A DNA stretch of 64,000 bases. It comes from a virus. Below are positions 38,395 through 46,395 of this stretch, in pieces. Location of the stretch: IMG/VR virus record IMGVR_UViG_3300043449_001497, positions 8,744 to 72,743 of that record. One strand, given 5' to 3'. The notes under the pieces were generated by a model. It had not been told where the DNA came from. It saw nothing but the letters and a program-made list of their open reading frames with translations, and ran no database searches. The first letter of the stretch is position 1; every line of letters starts with the position of its first letter. The position numbers were made by a program, and so were the translations under genes.

Positions 38395-38749
38395 ACATAC
38401 CATGCACTCACGACGTTTCGCTTAGTCCCACCGAACCGGGCTTTCGCAGTCACGGCACGGGTTTACGCGGCAACTAGGCGTATCGCACTGTCGCACATGG
38501 TAGACCCCCTTTACATGTAGATGCACTTACATGTAGGGGCTACACGAGGGAGATGCAGGTAGGGTATATGCACTAGGTGGATACAACCGTATGTCTCTCT
38601 ATGCTCTCGTCATCGTTCAGCTTTCGCCGAACGGTGGGTCTAGCGATAGCTGGAGGCTATCGCAGAGGCGGGACCCATAGGCCCAGCCTATCGAACGGTC
38701 GACCCATACCGACCCACCGCGTGAACGGTGAGCCGGGATTGAACGGCCG

Positions 38750-39571
38750 TCACACGACGGGCGCACCCGTCTGAGCGTCGCGGACGAACCCGCTACGGTC
38801 CGTGCGCGCCTTGCCCTTGGCACGGAGCAACACCACGTGACCGGGAGGGTCAAGGTGGCGCAGGTCCGTCTCGTCGCCATCCACAGTCGGATAGCCCATG
38901 AACGTCGACGGCACAGGCTTGCCCGCCTTCACGTTCACGACGACGGCGACGTTGCCGCCAGCCGCCAGCACGCTGCGAGCGATGGCCTCGCGACCCGTGC
39001 CGCGGTCGAGGCTGTACGTGTACCGCACGCCGTCGACCGTGCCCGCACGCCCACGTGCCGGGTCTTTCGTGTAGTCGTACCGCACGGCCTGAGACGGCAC
39101 GCGCAAGCCGGGGAACACGGACTCCCAATGAACGTCGCTCGTACCGTTGAGCCGGAACGAGACCGATAGCTCGAGGCTATCGGCCCACGCTGCGACGTGC
39201 GCCATGTCCCGTTCGAGGTGAGCGCGGAAGGCTTCCGGCTCGCGGTCGAACATGCGCGTCCGCTTGTAGCGGCCGTGCTGCACGTTGTTGGCGAACGCGC
39301 GGCCTGCGTAGCTGGACATCGGGATGCCCCCACGGCCAGCCGTGTTGAGACACGACGCAGCGCACGCACCAGCCCACGGGCACAGGTTGCCCAGCCCAGG
39401 CACCTCGCCGTTCAACACGGCGAGCCGGGCGTACTCACGCGCCGGGAGCAGATGCAGGACCGCCGTCACCTCGCCGCGCTTCCCACCCTTGGCAACCTTG
39501 GGGTTGTCCAGCGTGAGCAGCTTGAGCTTGGACTTACAGGCGTTGAACCCTGCGAACTCGTACGTCTTCAT
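38750..39571 (-). CDS. GP88-like protein (radical-SAM-like Cys motif)
   Basis: CPWAGACAASC, RLNGTSD, YDYTK, DGDETDLR and LRAKGKA. Confidence 0.7.
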   Translation of the reverse strand: MKTYEFAGFNACKSKLKLLTLDNPKVAKGGKRGEVTAVLHLLPAREYARLAVLNGEVPGLGNLCPWAGACAASCLNTAGRGGIPMSSYAGRAFANNVQHGRYKRTRMFDREPEAFRAHLERDMAHVAAWADSLELSVSFRLNGTSDVHWESVFPGLRVPSQAVRYDYTKDPARGRAGTVDGVRYTYSLDRGTGREAIARSVLAAGGNVAVVVNVKAGKPVPSTFMGYPTVDGDETDLRHLDPPGHVVLLRAKGKARTDRSGFVRDAQTGAPVV

Positions 39572-39584
39572 GCTTTCCTCCTGA

Positions 39585-40100
39585 GATGCTGGCAGCCCAG
39601 CGTATTGCTGGCTGCCCCGGATATCCGGGCTCAACCCAACGACGCGGTAGCCCCGCTGGGTTGAACGCGAATATCCGCGCGTACACGGACCGTGGCTGTG
39701 CTCACACGGGCGGGCACCACATGCCCGCGGGGGCAACGGTGCGGCTTTCGCTAAGCGGCTGCGAGGATGCCACGCATACAGGCGTACGCGCTGATATTCG
39801 GGGAGGTGTGGAGCCTATCGGCACGGGGTCCGCATTGCCATGTCCGGGCAACCGGGCGGCCTTCTTCCCGACGGTTTCAGTCGGGGGCTAGGTGTCCACT
39901 GCCTAGCTGCGAGGGATGCGCGCGTCTCACGACGTGACGCGCTCGCAGCTAGTGCTACCATCTGTATGCGAATGTGAAAGACACGGGCGACACGCTGCCT
40001 TGAAACCGACCTTGCAGCCGGGGCACCGTGCCGGGTTTCCCCGTCACACTGCTAGCATACCATGACGGTATGAACCCGTCAAGGGACGCTAGCGGTCTAA
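39585..40100 (-). ncRNA. Candidate large structured RNA or leader
   Basis: About 500 nt without a credible ORF; many stems, GNRA loops on the minus strand, directly downstream of a promoter. Confidence 0.5.
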
Positions 40101-40174
40101 GCTCTGAAAGAGCGGGGCCGGGGCCCCTGAGGGCCTGAGCCCCCGTGGTCGGCGTTTCCGCTTCCCACGCTTTC

Positions 40175-40203
40175 AATATGCCCCGTTCCTACCACGGCGT
40201 CAA
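40175..40203 (-). promoter_or_regulatory. Early promoter C
   Basis: TTGACG-17-CATATT, followed by a boxA-like CGCTCTTTCAGA at 40103-40114. Confidence 0.7.
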
Positions 40204-40511
40204 GGTCTCACGGGCTGCCCGTCACACGGGCGCGCGACGCACGCCTGACCCGGCCGCGGGCCCGCTGGCGGCCGCTGCCCCTCAGGCGGCGGGCCGCCCT
40301 CTGGAGCCGCCGCACTCCACCCCTCCCTCCTCCACCCTCTCCGGCTGTTCCACCCTCTCCGGCTATACAGGGTCCCCTGACGGGGACCATTGAAGAGACG
40401 CACTGAGAAGCCCCAGGAGCTCGACGCCAGGGGGAGGGGCTACCTGGGTAGCACCCTGTCCTAGATCGTTGCTCCTGGGGCTTCCCAGTGCGGTTCCTGC
40501 GGGGTCCAATG

Positions 40512-40547
40512 GAAAGGCCCCCGAGGAGAGGTTCCTCGGGGGCCGGG
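40512..40547 (-). terminator. Terminator of unit A
   Basis: GC stem followed by ctttc on the minus strand. Confidence 0.6.
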
Positions 40548-40552
40548 ATGAG

Positions 40553-40750
40553 TCAGAGACTGTGGAACTTGGCTTCGGATTCGACCAGCTGGTTGAACCG
40601 AGCCCGGTCGGGCTCGGCTGCGCCCTCGAGGAAGAGTTCCCCGGTGACGACACCGCGGTCGCGGGTCAGGGTGGCGGCGATGATGAAGTAGCCCTTGCTC
40701 TTGTAGTTGTAGACGAGGTAAGCCCCGTCGTCGAACCGATGAATGAACAT
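40553..40750 (-). CDS. Unit A ORF3, hypothetical
   Basis: ggagacaagcATG start. Confidence 0.6.
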   Translation of the reverse strand: MFIHRFDDGAYLVYNYKSKGYFIIAATLTRDRGVVTGELFLEGAAEPDRARFNQLVESEAKFHSL

Positions 40751-40811
40751 GCTTGTCTCCAGAGAGTGGGAGACGGGCCAGGCCGAGGGCACCTGACCCG
40801 TCTCGAGTGGG

Positions 40812-41036
40812 CTAGCTGATGTAGCGGATGACCACGATGCGGGTACCATCTGCGCGGCGAATCACGAGGCGCTTCTTGTAGCCGCGACCGATGTTGATCG
40901 CGCTGTAGTAGAACCCTGCCTGTTGCGGCGTGTCGAGCGTGAAGCGGGGCTTGTATGCACCGCGGTAGCGTCCGACCTCGACGTGATAGGTGTCGCCGTC
41001 TTCCCACTTGGTGATCTTGCCATCGATGTTGAACAT
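40812..41036 (-). CDS. Unit A ORF2, hypothetical
   Basis: ggagacaggcATG start; YSAINIGRGYKKRL. Confidence 0.65.
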   Translation of the reverse strand: MFNIDGKITKWEDGDTYHVEVGRYRGAYKPRFTLDTPQQAGFYYSAINIGRGYKKRLVIRRADGTRIVVIRYIS

Positions 41037-41085
41037 GCCTGTCTCCGATTGAAAGCGGGGGCCACGGGCACCCCCATTGATTGAA

Positions 41086-41301
41086 CTAGACCGAACCGTA
41101 GGTGCTGTGAATCAGCGTGCCGCAGTCGCATTCGATGGGATCGCCTTCCGCGAACTCACCGCACCGCACGGTCTCGCCGTTGCGGAAAGCGTCCTTAGCG
41201 CAGGCCACGCAGACCGGGGCGTGCCGCACGATATGCAGGACGTTGACGATACCGTAGTGGACATTCTTAATGTGCTGAATGTCCGTGATAACTTCGAGCA
41301 T
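41086..41301 (-). CDS. Unit A ORF1, Cys-rich hypothetical
   Basis: ggagtcaagcATG start; CVAC...CDCG. Confidence 0.6.
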   Translation of the reverse strand: MLEVITDIQHIKNVHYGIVNVLHIVRHAPVCVACAKDAFRNGETVRCGEFAEGDPIECDCGTLIHSTYGSV

Positions 41302-41444
41302 GCTTGACTCCACTAGAGTGAGGGGGAGACACGCTAGGCGACGCTTGCCGCACGCGGGGCGTCGTCACTACCATGCTATGGGGTTGTGAAAGAGCGGCGG
41401 GACCGAGGCCCCCCGTCAGGTCCGCTTCCGTTCCTGACATCTAC

Positions 41445-41473
41445 AGTATGCCCCGTCTAGTGCATGGTGTCAA
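41445..41473 (-). promoter_or_regulatory. Early promoter A
   Basis: TTGACA-17-CATACT; boxA-like CGCTCTTTCACAAC at 41383-41396. Confidence 0.75.
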
Positions 41474-41678
41474 GGTGGGAACGCTACAGGCCCGGATAGG
41501 GCGCGTGACGGCCCGGCGCACGGGTCCGGCCCCGCTTGCGCGCGGGCTCGCTCATGCGACGCCCCGCCCTCCAGCCGTGTCGCCACCCTCTCCGGTACTA
41601 CCACCCTCTCCGGCATACAGAGCCCCCTGACGGGGGCTGCTAGAAGAAGAGCTCGAGACCAGGACCGAGCGGACATGA

Positions 41679-41716
41679 GAAAGCCCCCGAGATCCTGGGG
41701 GGACCTCGGGGGCGGG
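41679..41716 (-). terminator. Terminator of unit B
   Basis: GC stem followed by ctttc on the minus strand; homologous to 40512-40547. Confidence 0.6.
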
Positions 41717-41721
41717 ATGAT

Positions 41722-41925
41722 CTAGCCGACGATGAACTCGTCGCGGCCACGGTAGACGAAGCCGGAGAGGAACTCAGGGCTGACGAGCTTGTAGAGCGGG
41801 GTCGTCTCGTCGGGGACAGCCCCGACCGTGCAGACCATGTCGAACTCGTTCTTCTTGAACGCCGTGCTGTAGGTGCGGACCTTGCGACCGACCGTGACGC
41901 GGCAGAGAGGCGGGTAGAACCGCAT
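41722..41925 (-). CDS. Unit B ORF3, hypothetical
   Basis: RBS ggag. Confidence 0.6.
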   Translation of the reverse strand: MRFYPPLCRVTVGRKVRTYSTAFKKNEFDMVCTVGAVPDETTPLYKLVSPEFLSGFVYRGRDEFIVG

Positions 41926-41987
41926 GTGAACTCCGAAGAGAAGAGAGACGGGCCGGGCCAGAGGGCGCCCGACCCGTCTCGTGTTGG

Positions 41988-42266
41988 TCAGCTGAAGTCG
42001 AGGATGTACGTGAGGAACGCGAGCAGGATCATGGCGCCGATGTTGAGCATCACGATGCACTGCGTGATGGCGGTGCGAAGTTCACGGCGGCGGCGACCGG
42101 GGCGACGAGCCGTGTAGGTCTGAGGGCCGACGATGGGGGCGAACACGAGGGCTTCCAGTTCCGCGTCGTACTTGCGAACGTAGCGGTAACCTTCGACCAT
42201 GATGCCGGGCTCAGTGGGACGGTCGGCGTTGAGGCAGATTCCGTCGCGGCAGTTGTTGCAGTCCAT
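41988..42266 (-). CDS. Unit B ORF2, C-terminal TM protein
   Basis: ggagtagaagcATG start. Confidence 0.6.
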   Translation of the reverse strand: MDCNNCRDGICLNADRPTEPGIMVEGYRYVRKYDAELEALVFAPIVGPQTYTARRPGRRRRELRTAITQCIVMLNIGAMILLAFLTYILDFS

Positions 42267-42314
42267 GCTTCTACTCCGAGTGAAAGTGGGGCCACGGGCG
42301 CCCCTTGAGGTTGA

Positions 42315-42500
42315 CTAGTTACCAGCCTTGACGCTGAGCTTGTGAAGCTTCCGGGCGAGCCGGAAAGCGTGCCGGGTTGCGGCCTTGAGCGCCACGCGCT
42401 TAGCGTTAGCGCGGTTGCCCCACGCCTCGTCGAGGGTCGGGCCCACGGTGAGCCCGACGACGAGAGCGACGAGGTACAGGTACATCAGAGTATCGAACAT
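42315..42500 (-). CDS. Unit B ORF1, N-terminal TM protein
   Basis: ggagatgaagcATG start. Confidence 0.6.
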   Translation of the reverse strand: MFDTLMYLYLVALVVGLTVGPTLDEAWGNRANAKRVALKAATRHAFRLARKLHKLSVKAGN

Positions 42501-42635
42501 GCTTCATCTCCGAGAGTAGGGTGAGGGTCGCACGGCGTACCTGCTAGGGCAGGGGCCGGGTGACCGAACCAGCGTATGGGGTTGTCAGAGAGCGGGGCGG
42601 GGAGGGCGTTTCCGTCGTTCCCTTTCCGTGCATAC

Positions 42636-42664
42636 AGTATGCCCTGTCTAGTGACAGGTGTCAA
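42636..42664 (-). promoter_or_regulatory. Early promoter B
   Basis: TTGACA-17-CATACT; boxA-like CGCTCTCTGACAAC at 42581-42594. Confidence 0.75.
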
Positions 42665-43002
42665 GCGTCAATGCGATAGCCCCCGAATAGACATGGCTCG
42701 CGGGCGCGACGCCCTTCCGACGACGCCGACGCCCCCGTGCGACCGCGCTTCTCGCTGGCGACGCCCCGCCCTATAGTAGTGGCGCCACCAACATCATCAA
42801 CAACCCCCTACACCCCAACAACAACCATCATGGGACCCAACTCCCCCTGTCCTCTTCCTGGCGAGTAAAAAATCCCAAATCCCCATACCACCGGGGTACG
42901 CCCACTACGTGGCCGCACCATGCGTGGATGACGCGAGGTCCGCGATGGCGTGGCCACTCACAGGGACCGACGTTATACCCCCTTGGTCTACCAGGAGCCC
43001 CC

Positions 43003-44061
43003 ATGAACAACGACACGAAGACCCAGGACCTCCCACTTGCCCTCCGAACCCGCAACGCCCTCCTCAAGGCGGGCCTCACGACCTGGGGACAGGTCAAGAG
43101 CATCGAGCTCACGAACGTGGAGGGCCTCGGTGCCCGAAGCATCGACGCCATCCAGGCCCTCTGGAGCGAGGAAGAAGGCCTTCCGCGACTGGTGCCGATG
43201 CCGGAGGAGGCGGAAACGCCCGAGGAGACCATCGCTCGAGGCCAGAAGCGGCACGAAGTCACGTCGATGATCGACCACGCGATGCGCGGCGGGCTCGACC
43301 GGATGACCGGAGACGTCGAGAGCCTCGAGGAACGGCGTCACCTGGACGAGGTGAAGGCCATCCACAAGCGCCAGTTCGACGCCGCGGCCGAGAAGGAGCT
43401 CAGTCGGAGCTTCGCGATGGCCGGAACGGGCAGTTTTGGGGACCCGGACGCCGAAATCCGTCGTCGCGGCGAGGCGTTTCGCGCCCAGGGCGGCTCGGTT
43501 GTGGCCGGAGACGGTCGCGGACTGCTTGCTCTTCGGCTCGAAGCCGATGTACAGGCACGAGTCTCGGCTCTTATACCCCTTATCAAGGCCCTCCCGCATG
43601 TCAAGGAGTTGGGCGTAGATGTTTCAGCGGAGATCGTGGGTCGAATGGCGCTGATTCGGGGCCTGGATGCCCTCGAGAGGGCCCACGGAGGGTCGAAATC
43701 GACCTCCAAGACCTCGGAAAACGGCGAAAACCGCGCAACCGCACCCGAAAACGCCGACGCGCCGCTCCCGACGGGCGATGAAGAGGTCTACGACACCCCT
43801 GAAGGGTGGACGAAGGTCGGTTTGGGCGAGACGATCCCGGTTCCGGAGGCCGTTTTGCACGATTACTACACCCAGAACGGCTGGGTGCGGTACTGGGGCA
43901 AGGCCAACGACCAGGTGATCTACTTCTACTGGTCTCCGGAGCGCCGTTTGCAGGACCTCAAGCCCTTCCCAGGCACCGACAAGAGCGGTCGGTCGGTCGC
44001 AGTGCAGGAAACGCCCTGGGGACCGGGCCATGTGGTCCCCTCGAGGTGGGCGAACAGCTGA
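43003..44061 (+). CDS. Protein with N-terminal RNA polymerase alpha-CTD-like (HhH) domain
   Basis: LPLALRTRNALLKAGLTT...LTNVEGLGARSIDAI; RBS aggag. Confidence 0.7.
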   Translation: MNNDTKTQDLPLALRTRNALLKAGLTTWGQVKSIELTNVEGLGARSIDAIQALWSEEEGLPRLVPMPEEAETPEETIARGQKRHEVTSMIDHAMRGGLDRMTGDVESLEERRHLDEVKAIHKRQFDAAAEKELSRSFAMAGTGSFGDPDAEIRRRGEAFRAQGGSVVAGDGRGLLALRLEADVQARVSALIPLIKALPHVKELGVDVSAEIVGRMALIRGLDALERAHGGSKSTSKTSENGENRATAPENADAPLPTGDEEVYDTPEGWTKVGLGETIPVPEAVLHDYYTQNGWVRYWGKANDQVIYFYWSPERRLQDLKPFPGTDKSGRSVAVQETPWGPGHVVPSRWANS

Positions 44062-44123
44062 ACGACGAGGGCCAGGAGTGAGGCGAACCCCGCTCCTGGC
44101 CCTGTCCGGCCTGTCAGTCTAGA

Positions 44124-44627
44124 TCAGTCGGCCTTCGCGAGCTGAAGGTAGAGGCGGAACGGAGCCACGTTCGCCGCCGTCGCCTTCAGGACCGTGATGG
44201 TCAGACTCTCGACGTCCGCCGCGAGCGGGTTGATGGTCTCCGCCTCGGGGACGTGCGTCGCGAAGACGCGCGGGGTGTTGTCCGTGTTCACCGCAGCCGA
44301 GGTCGCCTGGATGGCGGTCGCGCCAGCGATGGGAGCCGACTTGCCGATGGTCACGGTGACGTTGCCAGCGGTCGTCTCGGTCGGCACGATGCGCGTGTCG
44401 GGGAGAACGCGCATCTTGTACGGCAGCTTGATCGTGTAGACGGTGCTCGCCACGTTCAGGTTGTCGGGGACGCTGAACACAGCGCTGACGTACGCCGTGG
44501 AGTCAGCCGTGGCGAGCGTGGGCGAGACCCCGACCACGAGCGGCTGCACCGCCTGGCCAGAGAAGTGCTCCGGGATGACTTCCCCGTAGCGAATGAACTT
44601 CCGAACGATGTATCCGTACGCAGCCAT
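44124..44627 (-). CDS. Putative virion decoration/structural protein
   Basis: RBS aggagg; beta-rich, Ala/Thr/Val-rich. Confidence 0.5.
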   Translation of the reverse strand: MAAYGYIVRKFIRYGEVIPEHFSGQAVQPLVVGVSPTLATADSTAYVSAVFSVPDNLNVASTVYTIKLPYKMRVLPDTRIVPTETTAGNVTVTIGKSAPIAGATAIQATSAAVNTDNTPRVFATHVPEAETINPLAADVESLTITVLKATAANVAPFRLYLQLAKAD

Positions 44628-44707
44628 GCCTACCTCCTATCTCAGGCCAGGCGAGATTGCCTGGACCTCATGGCGGTGCTATCATAGCACAACCTCTGGG
44701 GTTCCTC

Positions 44708-45100
44708 ATGCACGGAAGCATCCTCGTCATCGCGAAGAAGAAGGCCGCCGGGCCTGGTGGCTACTTCGACCCCATGATGGGTCACCCTGGCATGGCCCAG
44801 GGTCCCATGATGTTCGAGATGGCGAACGAGGAGGAGTGCTGCGAGGAGCCTCCGATGCACGAGCCGATGATGCACGGCGACATGGGCAACCGTGACGTGC
44901 GCGACATCATCGCCGACCTCCGTGCAGCGGCTCAGCGCCTCGAGGACCTCCACGGCATGGGCGCCGAGGACGAGGACACCGAAGAGGAAGAGCCCGAGGA
45001 AGAGGAGGCCCCCGAAGAGGAGCCCGCCGAGGAAGAGCCCAAGGCCAAGACCAAGAAGCCCTTCCCAGGCTTCGGCCCCAAGAAGGAGATGAAGTACTGA
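44708..45100 (+). CDS. Acidic, Met-rich hypothetical protein
   Basis: Poly-Glu tract; codon bias. Confidence 0.55.
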   Translation: MHGSILVIAKKKAAGPGGYFDPMMGHPGMAQGPMMFEMANEEECCEEPPMHEPMMHGDMGNRDVRDIIADLRAAAQRLEDLHGMGAEDEDTEEEEPEEEEAPEEEPAEEEPKAKTKKPFPGFGPKKEMKY

Positions 45101-45276
45101 TGGCCACCTACCGCAGCGGCTACTACAGCCACCTCGATGCGATGAAGAAGAAGGCCGAGATGGAAGACGCGGAAGCCCGCGGCGAGAAGCTCAAGAAGGA
45201 GGGCAAGGTCGCGGACGTGTCCGCCCTCATCAAGAAGCCCGTCGTGAAGGTCGCCGTCAAGATCGGCAAGCACTAG
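45100..45276 (+). CDS. Small basic protein (58 aa)
   Basis: TGATG overlap; MATYRSGYY...KIGKH. Confidence 0.55.
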   Translation: MATYRSGYYSHLDAMKKKAEMEDAEARGEKLKKEGKVADVSALIKKPVVKVAVKIGKH

Positions 45277-45382
45277 AGCATCTACGCATCACGACGCGGC
45301 CGTGAACGCCTGCCCCGTCGTGTGAGCCCCGGCGGCATGGTGTCGTCGGGGCTCTTCTATGCCTGGCCGGATAGCCGCGCAT

Positions 45383-45416
45383 AGAAAACGCCGGGGCAGA
45401 TTGCTCCACCCCGGCG
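45383..45416 (-). terminator. Rho-independent terminator
   Basis: cgccgggg/ccccggcg stem followed by ttttct on the minus strand. Confidence 0.7.
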
Positions 45417-45504
45417 CCGACCAAGCACACACGCACCCGTAACAGCAGGCAGCACCGACCCTGCTACACGGGAGTGTACACCACCCCCGTGGCAGAGTCA
45501 ACAG

Positions 45505-46377
45505 CTATCGACGCGGGTTGTAGAACTGCGCCTCGTCCGACTGCGCCAGGCGGCGCATCGAGTCCATGATCTCCTTGTAGGAGCGGTTGTCCGTCGCGTT
45601 GGTCGTCGCCGTGCGTCCAGGGCCCATGTTCATGAGCTCCATCGCGTCGGGGACGGGCTCCGCCTGGGGAGGCGTAGGCGGAGCGAACTTCGCGCGCACC
45701 ATCGAGACGGCGTCTTCAGGGTCGATGCCACCCGTGAGGAGCACCGAGAAGGCGTAGAAGGCGTCGTCGTTGCTGTAGATGTCGTTCGCCTCCGACTTCA
45801 TCCAGTTCTCGACCTCGTCCACGGCAGCCTCGAGCTGACGCGCCTCGGCCTGCTGGGACTCGTACTCGAACGCCTCGAGGCGCTGACGAAGCTCGTCACG
45901 CTCGCGCTCGGCCGTTCCGTACTTGCCCGTCCACTCGTCAGCCGCCCGGCGCTGGGCCTGCTCGAACTCGTCACGAAGAGCCGAGAGGGCTGCGTCGTGC
46001 ATCGTCTTCAGGCGGTCGATCTCCGCCTGCTTCTCGGCCATCGGGTCCGCGTCACCCGTGAGCCACTTCTGGATCTTGAGCTCCTGCTCTCGAAGCGCGG
46101 CTTCCTTCCGGTCCAGGTCGCGCTTGCGGCCAGCGGTGTCCTGGAAAGCCTTCGTGAAGCCGCGCTCGAAGTTCTTGTACTTGTTCTCCACACCACGGAC
46201 GAGCGTGTTGCGGGTCGGCTCGTCGATGCGGCTGAACCAGTCAGCCTTCGACAGGGCGTCCAGCTCTCCGTTCCAGTCGAAGACTTGCGGTGGCGCGTCT
46301 TCCGCGGGAGCAGCCTCTTCAGAGGCCACTTCCTCGTTGGTCTGGGGGTTCTCTTCTTCCGTGGTGGGGTCGAACAT
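45505..46377 (-). CDS. Putative capsid scaffolding protein
   Basis: Acidic N-terminus, KNFERGFTKAFQ, long coiled coil; in the portal operon. Confidence 0.65.
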   Translation of the reverse strand: MFDPTTEEENPQTNEEVASEEAAPAEDAPPQVFDWNGELDALSKADWFSRIDEPTRNTLVRGVENKYKNFERGFTKAFQDTAGRKRDLDRKEAALREQELKIQKWLTGDADPMAEKQAEIDRLKTMHDAALSALRDEFEQAQRRAADEWTGKYGTAERERDELRQRLEAFEYESQQAEARQLEAAVDEVENWMKSEANDIYSNDDAFYAFSVLLTGGIDPEDAVSMVRAKFAPPTPPQAEPVPDAMELMNMGPGRTATTNATDNRSYKEIMDSMRRLAQSDEAQFYNPRR

Positions 46378-46395
46378 GTTGGCTCCTGGGGTTGA

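Noticed and set aside
39585-40100. tRNA, tmRNA or group I intron identity for the structured region
   Set aside because: No T-loop/CCA end or P7 consensus was recognisable by eye; needs an Rfam search.
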